Translations under genes and position numbers: made by a program
Shown here: one piece after another, positions 6,661-15,018 of the stretch
Layout: every line of letters begins with the position of its first letter
Numbering within the stretch: the first letter of the stretch is position 1
The notes under the pieces: model-generated
What the model was told of the DNA's origin: nothing
What the model saw: only the letters and a program-made list of their open reading frames with translations
The model's database searches: none
Assembly (NCBI GenBank): GCA_016235455.1
Contig: JACRKZ010000024.1
Coordinates: forward strand, 1-16,399
Length of the DNA stretch: 16,399 nt
Direction: 5' to 3'
DNA from: Armatimonadota bacterium
Lineage (GTDB): Bacteria > Armatimonadota > UBA10988

Positions 6661-7881
6661 ATGACGGAAACAACGCTGCCGGCCTTCCACGGCCGAGATC
6701 ACGCTGCACTGGCGCTGCTACCGCTGACGGTGGCTTCGCCGTCGGGTGGGAGCGAGGCGGTCGAACGAGGCTTTACCCTCACCGTGGATGGCAAGCCGCG
6801 GCGCGTCAGTGTGACGCTGCAGCCGGGTACCGATGGACTGCCGACCCACGGCGACGGTATGGTGTACCTTGCCTTGCTGCAGGTGGCCATGCGGGACGAG
6901 AAGTACCAGCGAGTGGAGTTCACGCGCTCCGAGTTGCTGGAAGTCCTGGCCTGGCATGCCAACGGCGCCAACTACGACCGGCTGCGCACAGCCCTGGAGC
7001 GGCTGCACGCGCTGCGGATCGTGGTCAACGCGGCCATGGTGGCCCGCAACGGCCGTGAGTACCAGCGTAGCCAGGATGCGGCGCACCTCATCGATCGCTA
7101 CCACATCGCCGAGCAGCCAGGTGCGGTCTGCTGGCTGGAGTGGGGCGGCCTGGTGCGCGAGGCCTTCGCCCTGGCCGACTTCAAGCGGCTCGATTGGGAT
7201 ATGGTCAAGGCGTTGGGCAACCCGCTCACCGCGCAGCTCTACCGCCTGCTGGACCGGGTCACCTTGTCGGGCGAGCCGACCTGGTCGATCGGCTGGCGGC
7301 CGCTGGCTGGCCTGCTGGGCATGAGCCACGAGGGCTATGCGCGGCCGGCGCGGTTCCGCCAGAAGCTCGAGCCCCATCTGGACCGGCTCATCGAGCAGGG
7401 CGTGCTGGCCGGGTACGACTACGGTCGAGGCGGCGTGTTCACCTTCCACATGCGCAACTACCTGCGCGGCCAGCTGCGGCGTGTGCTGGTCAGCCTCGGT
7501 GTGTACGACGAGGCCGCGCGCCAGCTTGTCGCGGGTTACGACGAGGTGCGCATCATCTGCCAGTGCGACTGTCTGCGCTTCGGCAACCGCGCCACGCCGG
7601 AGAAGCCGGCGGGCTTCCTGGTGGAGGCGGTGCGCAAGGACTACCCGCTGTCGTATGACGATCAGGAAGCACCGTCGTTCGCCGCGACGTGGGCCCTGCT
7701 CATGGCTGGCGAGCGCGACGCCTACCACCGGGCTGGCCTGCAGATCGTCGGCGGGCCGGACGGCCTGTTCGACGTCCAGGACGACCCGGCGGAGTGGCAC
7801 CCGGCGCTACGCTGTGTGGTGCGCTTCCTGGTGACGCAGAACCTGGATCCGGACGAGATCCTGCGGCCGGCGGCCAAGTAG
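6661..7881 (+). CDS. repA: Plasmid-type replication initiator protein A (RPA/TrfA-like winged-helix Rep), about 406 aa
   Basis: Motif order matches iteron-binding RepA-type initiators as recalled: GRDxxxLxxxP, GLPTHGDGMVYLALLQ, VEFTRSELL..L.W...GANYDRLRTALERL, FKRLD...L.NPLTAQLYRLLD, RFRQKLEPHLDRLIEQGVL, and C-terminal LVSLGV...ARQLV...PAGFLVEAVRKDY. ATG 6661 is preferred to the ORF-track start at 6478, which lies within the repeats. Confidence 0.8.
   Translation: MTETTLPAFHGRDHAALALLPLTVASPSGGSEAVERGFTLTVDGKPRRVSVTLQPGTDGLPTHGDGMVYLALLQVAMRDEKYQRVEFTRSELLEVLAWHANGANYDRLRTALERLHALRIVVNAAMVARNGREYQRSQDAAHLIDRYHIAEQPGAVCWLEWGGLVREAFALADFKRLDWDMVKALGNPLTAQLYRLLDRVTLSGEPTWSIGWRPLAGLLGMSHEGYARPARFRQKLEPHLDRLIEQGVLAGYDYGRGGVFTFHMRNYLRGQLRRVLVSLGVYDEAARQLVAGYDEVRIICQCDCLRFGNRATPEKPAGFLVEAVRKDYPLSYDDQEAPSFAATWALLMAGERDAYHRAGLQIVGGPDGLFDVQDDPAEWHPALRCVVRFLVTQNLDPDEILRPAAK
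6852..6870 (+). repeat. Seventh iteron-like copy inside the rep coding sequence
   Basis: CGACGGTATGGTGTACCTT matches the 6535-6553 copy at 16/19 and keeps the invariant CGACG-N5-GTGTAC. Confidence 0.6.
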
Positions 7882-7887
7882 GCGCCG

Positions 7888-10152
7888 TCATTGCCTGTCC
7901 GCCATCGGTCTGGCTGACGGGTAGAGTCGGAGCGAGCCAAACCCGCCAAACAGTGCCTGGCCGCCACGCCGCACGGTCATCTGGGTCAGGCCGTTGGCGT
8001 TCCGGGCGAAGCTCAGCGCATCCTGCTGGTCGGGCCAACGCAGTGTCGCGCCCTTGCCGTCGGCGGCGACTGTCGGCAGTTGGCCCTCGCGCACCGGGCA
8101 AAGCAGCAGCCTGAAGTCCGGTGACACGGCGTCAGCCGTCAACACCACGCGACGTCGCGGGTCCGGCTTGCCGCCGTAGCCAGGGATGGTGTAGTCCTCG
8201 ATGGCCACCTTGACCTGAGCACCGAGCGGGCGCAGGAGCAGTTGGCGCGGGCCGGGCTCGCCCAGCAGGTAGCCGGCGTCGCCCTTCGGCGTCAGCGTGA
8301 TGTCGGTAGGCACCTGGAGATATGACTCGTAGCGGTGCGGCTGGTCGTCCTTCTGGAAGTCATCGACAATGATGGCATACGGATGTGCGCCGCGCGCCAG
8401 CGCGCAGGTGCGGAAGGCGAACCGCACCGGGTTGGCCAGCTTGCGCCACAGGTTCAGGCCCGTGAAGTTGTGTGCGGGCGCCTTGGGGTTGTCGCCGCCG
8501 AACAGCGCCGCGGGCAACGCGGGGTTGGGCCACAGCCAGCCGAGTTGCGCCGGCGTCGACGTCTCGGGCTCCCAGCCAGGGCCGGGGCTGTCGAAGCCGT
8601 TCGCCCACTGCCAGTCGTAGCAGCGCTTGAGATCCATGCAGCCCGCGCTGAACGCTGGGCTGTCGAAGCTGGCGACCAGGTTGCCGTTGGGCGTGATCAT
8701 CCGGCCGCGACCCTCGGCCACCCGCTCGCCCTTGCCGTCGATCTGCACCAGCGTCTCGCCCCCGGGCGACTCGCTGTTGTTCCAGGAGCCGCCGACCCAC
8801 GATCGGCCGCCGGCACACAACACGAACCGGCCGCGGTCGATGCTCTCGTGCCGGTCCATCCAAGCGTCCTGCCGCACGTAGAAGTTCAGGTAGAGCGCCT
8901 CGGGCCCCCAGTCCGACCGGGTGGTCATGAGCCCCAGCTGGGGGAAGGTCGCGGTCAGTGGCAGGCCCAGCCTGGCCGGGTCGAGGGGCAGCTTGGGGCT
9001 GTCCTCGTAGTCCATGGCCAGGAGCGTGCTCAAGTCGTTGTATTGCCACTGGTTGTTGCGCGTGTAGTCGGCCCCCTTGTACTGGGCGAAGTAGTAGTTG
9101 ACCAGCGGGTTGCCGGGCATGGCCCAGCGCGAGAGCGCCGGCATGCTCTCGTAGGGCGACACGGCGTTGCAGGCATAGCTGACCGACTGGCCGCCATTAC
9201 CGCCAGGCGGGAGCGACTGGATGACCCACGTCCAGTAGGGCAGGTAGTTGGGATGGTGGAACAGGTTGTCGCCGCGGCGGGCCAGAGCGATCATGGCCAT
9301 GGTGCCTTCGCGGAAGCCGGTGTTGGCCATGTAGCCGTCCTCGTTGCCGCCGCCGCCGGGATGCAGGGCCACGTCGAACCAGTTGTGCAGCAACTGCGTG
9401 AACAGCCCATAGCGTGCCGGGTCGAAGCCCTCCTCGCCTTCGATGGCCAGCCACATGAGCGGGATCTCGCCATGGTAGGCATACCAGTTGCTGACCGCGC
9501 GTCCCTTTGGGAAGCCCATGCCCCAGGTGACCAGGTCCTTCACCGACGTGGCGATGGCCTGCCGGCAGACAGAGCGCTGCTCCGGCGTCATGGCGTCGTA
9601 GAGGAAGTCATAGGACAGTGCGAAGCTCGAGCCGCCGCGGTACCAGATCTCGCCCAGGCCACTGGGGATACCGTTGAGGCCGCGAACGCCGTTGACGTCG
9701 GTCTTGACCTTGCCCCACTTGGGGTCGACGCGGCTGCGTGCCAGCAGCACGCGCGCGAAGTTGGTGACAGCTCGCGCCACGACCGTCTGCCGTTCCGCGT
9801 CCTGATGGTAGACCGCGTCCATCGTGGCCTGGAGGAACTCGTGCGTCGGGCCGTTGTCGGCGAAGCCGGCGACCAACTCCTGGTCGCTCAGCGCTGGGCC
9901 GAGCGCCAGCAGGCGGTCGATGACCTTGGACTGGAAGCGCTTGGCGAAGAAGGCGCCGCCGCGGTGCGTTCTGGCCACTTGCTCGCGCCAGCGAGGCAGA
10001 TCCTCGGGGCTCAGCAGGACGCGCGGATGCACGCCTGCCGGCGGCACGGCGCTGAAGCGTCGCACGCCCAGCGCGTCGCACGGCACTTCCACGGACGGCT
10101 GGGCCAGGCACGTTGACGCCACCAGGACCGTGAGACTGAGCAGACCGCGCAT
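7888..10152 (-). CDS. Secreted heparinase II/III-like (polysaccharide lyase-type fold) protein, about 754 aa
   Basis: GGAGG SD then ATG 10152 (MRGLLSLTVLVASTCLAQ, signal peptide). HPRVLLSPEDL, ALSYDFLYDAMT, SNW and EDGY, then GLMTTRSDW, H-x-x-x-D-RGRFVL and YAIIVDD. This is the usual alpha/alpha toroid plus beta-sandwich motif order of Hepar_II_III-type proteins. Confidence 0.65.
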   Translation of the reverse strand: MRGLLSLTVLVASTCLAQPSVEVPCDALGVRRFSAVPPAGVHPRVLLSPEDLPRWREQVARTHRGGAFFAKRFQSKVIDRLLALGPALSDQELVAGFADNGPTHEFLQATMDAVYHQDAERQTVVARAVTNFARVLLARSRVDPKWGKVKTDVNGVRGLNGIPSGLGEIWYRGGSSFALSYDFLYDAMTPEQRSVCRQAIATSVKDLVTWGMGFPKGRAVSNWYAYHGEIPLMWLAIEGEEGFDPARYGLFTQLLHNWFDVALHPGGGGNEDGYMANTGFREGTMAMIALARRGDNLFHHPNYLPYWTWVIQSLPPGGNGGQSVSYACNAVSPYESMPALSRWAMPGNPLVNYYFAQYKGADYTRNNQWQYNDLSTLLAMDYEDSPKLPLDPARLGLPLTATFPQLGLMTTRSDWGPEALYLNFYVRQDAWMDRHESIDRGRFVLCAGGRSWVGGSWNNSESPGGETLVQIDGKGERVAEGRGRMITPNGNLVASFDSPAFSAGCMDLKRCYDWQWANGFDSPGPGWEPETSTPAQLGWLWPNPALPAALFGGDNPKAPAHNFTGLNLWRKLANPVRFAFRTCALARGAHPYAIIVDDFQKDDQPHRYESYLQVPTDITLTPKGDAGYLLGEPGPRQLLLRPLGAQVKVAIEDYTIPGYGGKPDPRRRVVLTADAVSPDFRLLLCPVREGQLPTVAADGKGATLRWPDQQDALSFARNANGLTQMTVRRGGQALFGGFGSLRLYPSARPMADRQ

Positions 10153-10268
10153 GGCATCCTCCGACCGCGTTGGCATGGGATGGTAACGATACGCCAGCTC
10201 AATTCTGGGGCGACGGCGCGAGCCCTTCCCAGCGGCCGCGATCCGCGTTGTCGCGGTTTGGCGCACTG

Positions 10269-10285
10269 GTTTCCTGATAGGAAAC
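10269..10285. promoter_or_regulatory. Palindromic putative transcription-factor operator
   Basis: GTTTCCT-GAT-AGGAAAC has perfect 7-bp arms and is AT-rich. It sits in the divergent intergenic region between the lyase-like gene and the chemoreceptor gene. Confidence 0.55.
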
Positions 10286-10382
10286 GATTGGTGTAGCCAA
10301 CAGCCCATATTCGCCATAGGGCCGGCGAGGCCGGCGGCCGACTTCAATTACGCGTTACATTCATGGCGCGGGAGTGATGCCG

Positions 10383-11963
10383 ATGCAGAGACGTATGAGC
10401 CAGCGCTTGCTGACGAGTTTGGCCGTGGCGGGACTGATCATCGCCGTGGCTGGCGGGTGCTTCGTGAACCTGAGTGCCCACCGTTCGGTACGCCGGAACG
10501 CGGAACAAGAGGCGACGGAGATGTGCGGCCGCGCGGGACAGATGTTCATGGTGTCCACTGAGTCGTACGACAAGGCCATCGATGCCGCCAGGGATCCGGC
10601 CGAGAAAGCCGCGGTCACCGCGGACTGGAACCGCACCATCAAGGCGGTCGATACGGCGGTCATCCATGACTTCGGTGGCGACAAGCCGCGCGTACGCCTG
10701 ATTGGTGACGAGGGCATCGCCGGCATCAAGCCCTTGGGTGGCAGCGCTACGGCGGTGGAGTCCGAGTTCGAGCGTCAGGCGCTGACCTCGCTCAAGGCTG
10801 GCACGGCCGTCAAGCCGGTCATTGAGGGCGGTTTCCTTCGGGTGAGCGTGCCGCTGACGGCGGACATGCATCCCGGCTGTGCCAAATGCCACGGTGTGGC
10901 CGTCGGCTCCAAGACGGTGCTGGGCAGTCTGAACGCTTATGTACCGCTGGCTGCCAAGTACGCTGCGGCGTGGCGCAGCGCGGCGGTCGTCTCACTGCTC
11001 CTGCTGGGCTGCATGGTGCTGTTCATCGTGGGCATGGCCCGGTTCCTGAGCAGGTCCTTCACGCAGCCCGTCGAGCGCGTCATCGGCGGCTTGGCGGAGG
11101 GGGCTTCACAGGTCACCTTCGCCGCGTCACAGGTCACCTCCTCGGCCGGCCAGGTGGCGTCGGGCGCCAGCGAGCAAGCGGCGGGGCTGGAGGCGGCTTC
11201 GGCGGCGCTCGAGCAGATGTCGTCGATGATCACCCAGAACGCCGACAGCGCGCGCCAGGCCAGCGCCGCCATGGCCGAGACCGAGCGCGCCGCGGGCGAG
11301 AGCGAGGCGGCCATGGACCGCATGGCTGACGCCATCGGCAACATCCGCACCTCGGCCAACCAGACGGCGGCCATCCTCAAGACGATCGACGAGATCGCCT
11401 TCCAGACCAACCTGCTGGCGCTCAACGCCGCGGTGGAAGCGGCTCGTGCCGGCGACGCAGGCAAGGGCTTTGCCGTGGTGGCCGAGGAGGTGCGCAGCCT
11501 GGCTCAGCGCAGTGCCGCCGCGGCGCGCGAGACGGCCACGCTCATCGACGTGGCGCAGAGCCACGCCGGCACGGGCGTCGCCGCGTCCGAAGAGGTGCGC
11601 CGCGTGCTGGTGGCCATCCAGACCGGCGTGAGCCGCGTCAACCAGCTCATCGCCGAAGTGGCCGCCGCCAACGCTGAGCAGGCGCAAGGTATCGTGCAGG
11701 TCACGGCGACGGTGACGCAGATGGACCAGGTCACCCAGAGCAACGCCGCCAACGCCGAGGAATCGGCCATGGCCGGCGAGGAGCTCAGTTCCCAGGCGGA
11801 GTCGCTGCAGGTGCTCATCGGTGAGCTGGTCGGCATCGTCGGCGGCTCGCAAGGGGGCAGTGCGGTGTCGGCGGCACGGCCCGAGCCGCTACGGCGGCCG
11901 GCGCTGGCGTCACGCTCCACGGGGCTCACACCGGTGGGCAGATCCGACTACGGCGGGTTCTAG
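10383..11963 (+). CDS. Methyl-accepting chemotaxis protein with periplasmic c-type heme-binding (Tll0287/DUF3365-like) sensor domain
   Basis: Two TM segments flank a periplasmic domain containing CAKCH (10878-10892). Signalling hairpin [48 protein letters not shown] at 10371-10374 favours ATG 10383; 10374 and 10377 are alternative starts. Confidence 0.93.
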   Translation: MQRRMSQRLLTSLAVAGLIIAVAGGCFVNLSAHRSVRRNAEQEATEMCGRAGQMFMVSTESYDKAIDAARDPAEKAAVTADWNRTIKAVDTAVIHDFGGDKPRVRLIGDEGIAGIKPLGGSATAVESEFERQALTSLKAGTAVKPVIEGGFLRVSVPLTADMHPGCAKCHGVAVGSKTVLGSLNAYVPLAAKYAAAWRSAAVVSLLLLGCMVLFIVGMARFLSRSFTQPVERVIGGLAEGASQVTFAASQVTSSAGQVASGASEQAAGLEAASAALEQMSSMITQNADSARQASAAMAETERAAGESEAAMDRMADAIGNIRTSANQTAAILKTIDEIAFQTNLLALNAAVEAARAGDAGKGFAVVAEEVRSLAQRSAAAARETATLIDVAQSHAGTGVAASEEVRRVLVAIQTGVSRVNQLIAEVAAANAEQAQGIVQVTATVTQMDQVTQSNAANAEESAMAGEELSSQAESLQVLIGELVGIVGGSQGGSAVSAARPEPLRRPALASRSTGLTPVGRSDYGGF

Positions 11964-11979
11964 GCGGCCCTGACCGCGG

Positions 11980-12036
11980 GACACACCGACCACACGGCCC
12001 AGGCCCGCCCGCCTGCGGCCGTGTGGTCGGTGTGTC
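11980..12036. terminator. Long inverted repeat between convergent genes (bidirectional terminator or REP-like element)
   Basis: GACACACCGACCACACGGCC (11980-11999) is the exact reverse complement of 12017-12036. An inner CAGGC/GCCTG adds 5 bp around a 6-nt loop with one bulge. No U-tract. Confidence 0.7.
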
Positions 12037-12044
12037 GCTGCGCC

Positions 12045-13055
12045 TCACACGGCCAGACTGAAGGCGGCGGCCGGGTTGCGCACAGTGAGTTGCTCGATGG
12101 TGGTCGGCGCCACGCCGGCGGCGCGCAGCGCCGGCAGCAGCACATCGGTCACGGCGGTGTAGCCGCGGACCTGGCCCCCGCCGGGTTCGCCGACCCAGTA
12201 CCAGCCGGCATCGCCAGATAGCAGCACGCGGTCGGCGTGGCGCGGCAGCAGCGCCGCGATGGCCGCGGCGTGCGCGGCAGCTGGGCGTTGCCCGGCGGCG
12301 TCAAACGAGACCCAGGCGCCCAGTTCGGCCACTTGGCGTTGTGCCTCGGCACCATGGCCGTCGGCGTGGGCGACCACGAAGCGCGCCGGCGCGCCGCCGC
12401 GCGCGATGAACAACCGCGCCGCCGCCAATCCGGCCTCAGCGCCGCCGGTGTGGCAGGTCACGGATCGACCCGTCCGCACAGCGGCGATGGCCGCGGCCTC
12501 GACCAGCTTGGCGTCCATCGCCGAGAGCGTCGGCGGCTGGCCGGAGGCGCCGTTGACACCGATCTTGATGAAGCCGGGCAGGATACCGGTGTCCTCGATG
12601 CCCTGCTCGCACTCGGCCACCCAGCGCGCCGCGAGTTGCTCGACGGTGTCGGTCCGGGCGTGCTCCGGCACATACTTGCCGCCCCCGGCGCCGTAGTAGC
12701 CGGTGTTGGTGACGATATGCAGGCCAGTGGCCTCGGCCAGCGCGCGCAGCACGCGCGGGTCGCGGCCGATGCCCGCTGGTGTGCAGTCGACAAACCCACG
12801 CACGCCGCGGTCGACGACTTGCTGCAGGTGCGGGCGCATGGTGCGCACGACCGCATCCACCTCCCACCGCTGGCGGCTGGTGAGTGCGGCACCGGCGAAG
12901 TCACACATGATGTGCTCGTGGGCCAGCGCCAGCCCGAACTGGTCGGCTGGCACGGGCCCACGGACGGTCTCGATGACAGGCACGCGGCGCTCCGCGGCAG
13001 ACGCGAGTCGCGCCGCCAGCAGACTGGCCCCGACCAGCATCTCTCGCCGATCCAC
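12045..13055 (-). CDS. Phosphotriesterase-family (PTE/PHP, amidohydrolase superfamily) metallohydrolase with Tat-like signal, 336 aa
   Basis: GTG start with AGGA upstream. IETVRGPV, AHEH (HxH), VDCTP..IGRD, TNTGYY, GFIKIG (carboxylated Lys position), CHTG, VAHAD and LLSGD. N-terminus MDRREML followed by a hydrophobic stretch. Confidence 0.9.
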   Translation of the reverse strand: MDRREMLVGASLLAARLASAAERRVPVIETVRGPVPADQFGLALAHEHIMCDFAGAALTSRQRWEVDAVVRTMRPHLQQVVDRGVRGFVDCTPAGIGRDPRVLRALAEATGLHIVTNTGYYGAGGGKYVPEHARTDTVEQLAARWVAECEQGIEDTGILPGFIKIGVNGASGQPPTLSAMDAKLVEAAAIAAVRTGRSVTCHTGGAEAGLAAARLFIARGGAPARFVVAHADGHGAEAQRQVAELGAWVSFDAAGQRPAAAHAAAIAALLPRHADRVLLSGDAGWYWVGEPGGGQVRGYTAVTDVLLPALRAAGVAPTTIEQLTVRNPAAAFSLAV

Positions 13056-13066
13056 GATGGTTCCTA

Positions 13067-14998
13067 TCAGCCCGCGGGCTTGAACTGCACCGCGCGCAGG
13101 TTGATTGGCTTCCAGGTGCCCGCGTCTTTGGCACGCACCTTGACGGTCACATTGCCCGGCTCCTTGATCTCGAAGGTGCCCAGGTCGACATCCTTGTATT
13201 GGTCCCAGCCGCCGGTCTGCGGCGCGGTGATCGTCAGTTGGGTCGTGCCGACCTCGACCACGACCTGGTTACCGGCAGACGGGCAGGCGATGGCCGTCGA
13301 GGCGCGGTAGGTGCCGGCCTTGGCGAAGGCCACCTGCCACGAGACCCAGTCGCCACCGTTGTCCCAGAAGCCGAAGTTGGGCTGGCCACCGTTCGCCTCG
13401 GGCTTGACGTTGCCGTTGAGTTCGGCGTCATCGGGCTTCAGCGTGAAGTTGCCCTGGGCGTCGGGCTTGACCACGGACGCCACCACCGGGATGGGCACGT
13501 TCCTGAGGTTGGTGCCGGTGATGCGCAGGCTGCAGGCCACGGTCGAGGTCTTGGTCTCGGGCAGCGTCACGATCAGTGCGTCGCCGTCCTGCGTCCAGGT
13601 CAGTTTGGCTTCGGAGCCCAGCAGCCGGATGTCGGTCAGGGCGTTGATGGCCTCGCCGGCCGGCTTGGCCAGCGAGCGGATGACCAGCTTGCCGTCCTCG
13701 GGCCAGCCCAGCGCCGTGGCATAGAGCGCGCCGGCCTTGGTGGTGAAGCGGATCTCGCGAGCGTTGTACTTGTAGTCCTCGCCGAACGCGCCGCCCTTGA
13801 CCCGCACCGCGCTCTCGCCGTAGACCGTCCAGGGCCGCGTACCATAGATGGCCTCGCCATGGACATCCATCCACTGGCCCAGGTCGGCGAGCATGGTCTC
13901 GACCTCGGGGTCGAGCGAGCCGTCGGGCCGCTGCACCACATTGAGCAGCAGGTTGCCGTTCTTGCTGACGTTGTCCACCAGCATGTGAATGACCCAGGTC
14001 ACCGGCCGGAACCGCCAGTTGCGATTGTAGAACCAGTCGCCGATGCTCGTGTCGGTCTGCCACGGGTAGGGATCGATCCTGGGCATGATGCCGCGCTCGA
14101 GATCCTCGACCCAGGCCCCCTCGCCGCGCTGCTTGCAGTTGTACACGACCTGTGCCGTGCCGCCATGGCGCGCGGCGCTCGAGTTGTAGAGGTGGGCGAT
14201 CATACTCCGGCCGACCTCGTTGGCGAACGGCACGCCACCGTCGGTATAGAGCAGGTCGGGCTGGTAGGTGTCGACCAGTTCCTTGATCTCGTTGTACCAC
14301 TGCTGGTGCCACTTGGGGTTGTTCGAGTACCAGCCGGTATCGCCCGGCTCGGCGGGGAAGTGATAGAGGTCCTGGTACTTGGGGTCGGCGCCGTCGTACG
14401 GCACGCCAGCCTTGTCGCCGGTCTTGTCCGAGCCGTGCGAGCGCTGGAACCAGGTGAAGCTGGCGCCGAGATGCTCCGACACGCCGAACTTCAGCCCGTA
14501 CTTCTGGGCCGCCTTCTGCCATTCGCCGACCACGTCGCGCTTAGGCCCCATCTCGGCCGCGTTCCAGCGGTGGAGCCGGCTGGCCCACAAGAAGAAGTTG
14601 TCGTGGTGCGAGCCCATCGACACGAAGTACTTCGCGCCGGCCCGCTTGTACAACTGCATCAAGCGATCGGGATCCCACTTCTCGGCCTTCCACAACGGGA
14701 TGATGTCCTTGTAGCCGAAGGTCGACGGGTGCCCGTAGTTCTTGAGGTGGTAGTTGTAGTGGCCGCTGCCCTGCTCATACATGCCACGCGCATACCAGTC
14801 GCCGTCCATCGGCACCGCCTGCGGTCCCCAGTGCGCCCAGATGCCGAACTTGGCGTCCCGGAACCACTCGGGGCACTGGTACTGCTTCAACGAGGCCGTC
14901 TCCGGCTTGAACGGGCCGTCAGCGATGGGGCAGTTGACCTGCTGGCCCCAGCCCTGGCTGGCCACCGCCAGCAGGGCGATCGCACTCAATCGTCGCAT
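13067..14998 (-). CDS. Secreted alpha-L-fucosidase (GH29) with C-terminal CBM-like beta-sandwich, 643 aa
   Basis: Signal peptide. PEWFRDAKFGIWAHWG, AGAKYFV..HHDNF, PDLLYTDG (nucleophile Asp), WQTDTSIG.WFY, VSKNGNLLLNV and GEAIYGTRPW. C-terminal G.WD..GDWVSW...TGGWDQY resembles CBM6/35-type domains. Confidence 0.92.
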   Translation of the reverse strand: MRRLSAIALLAVASQGWGQQVNCPIADGPFKPETASLKQYQCPEWFRDAKFGIWAHWGPQAVPMDGDWYARGMYEQGSGHYNYHLKNYGHPSTFGYKDIIPLWKAEKWDPDRLMQLYKRAGAKYFVSMGSHHDNFFLWASRLHRWNAAEMGPKRDVVGEWQKAAQKYGLKFGVSEHLGASFTWFQRSHGSDKTGDKAGVPYDGADPKYQDLYHFPAEPGDTGWYSNNPKWHQQWYNEIKELVDTYQPDLLYTDGGVPFANEVGRSMIAHLYNSSAARHGGTAQVVYNCKQRGEGAWVEDLERGIMPRIDPYPWQTDTSIGDWFYNRNWRFRPVTWVIHMLVDNVSKNGNLLLNVVQRPDGSLDPEVETMLADLGQWMDVHGEAIYGTRPWTVYGESAVRVKGGAFGEDYKYNAREIRFTTKAGALYATALGWPEDGKLVIRSLAKPAGEAINALTDIRLLGSEAKLTWTQDGDALIVTLPETKTSTVACSLRITGTNLRNVPIPVVASVVKPDAQGNFTLKPDDAELNGNVKPEANGGQPNFGFWDNGGDWVSWQVAFAKAGTYRASTAIACPSAGNQVVVEVGTTQLTITAPQTGGWDQYKDVDLGTFEIKEPGNVTVKVRAKDAGTWKPINLRAVQFKPAG

Positions 14999-15018
14999 GG
15001 TATCGGTACCTCATGGCC

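Noticed and set aside
4701-7888. Transposon or integrated-element boundaries around the corA-rep module
   Set aside because: I found no terminal inverted repeats, target duplications, tRNA or recombinase gene by eye, so no mobile element is called.
10153-10347. ORF-track 65-aa N-terminal extension of the lyase-like gene
   Set aside because: A GGAGG SD and signal peptide start at 10152. The extension covers the likely promoter and operator region.
13059-13070. CTGATAGGAA (minus strand) matching part of the 10269-10285 palindrome
   Set aside because: It is made of the fucosidase stop (TGA TAG) plus the PTE SD, and has no second arm.
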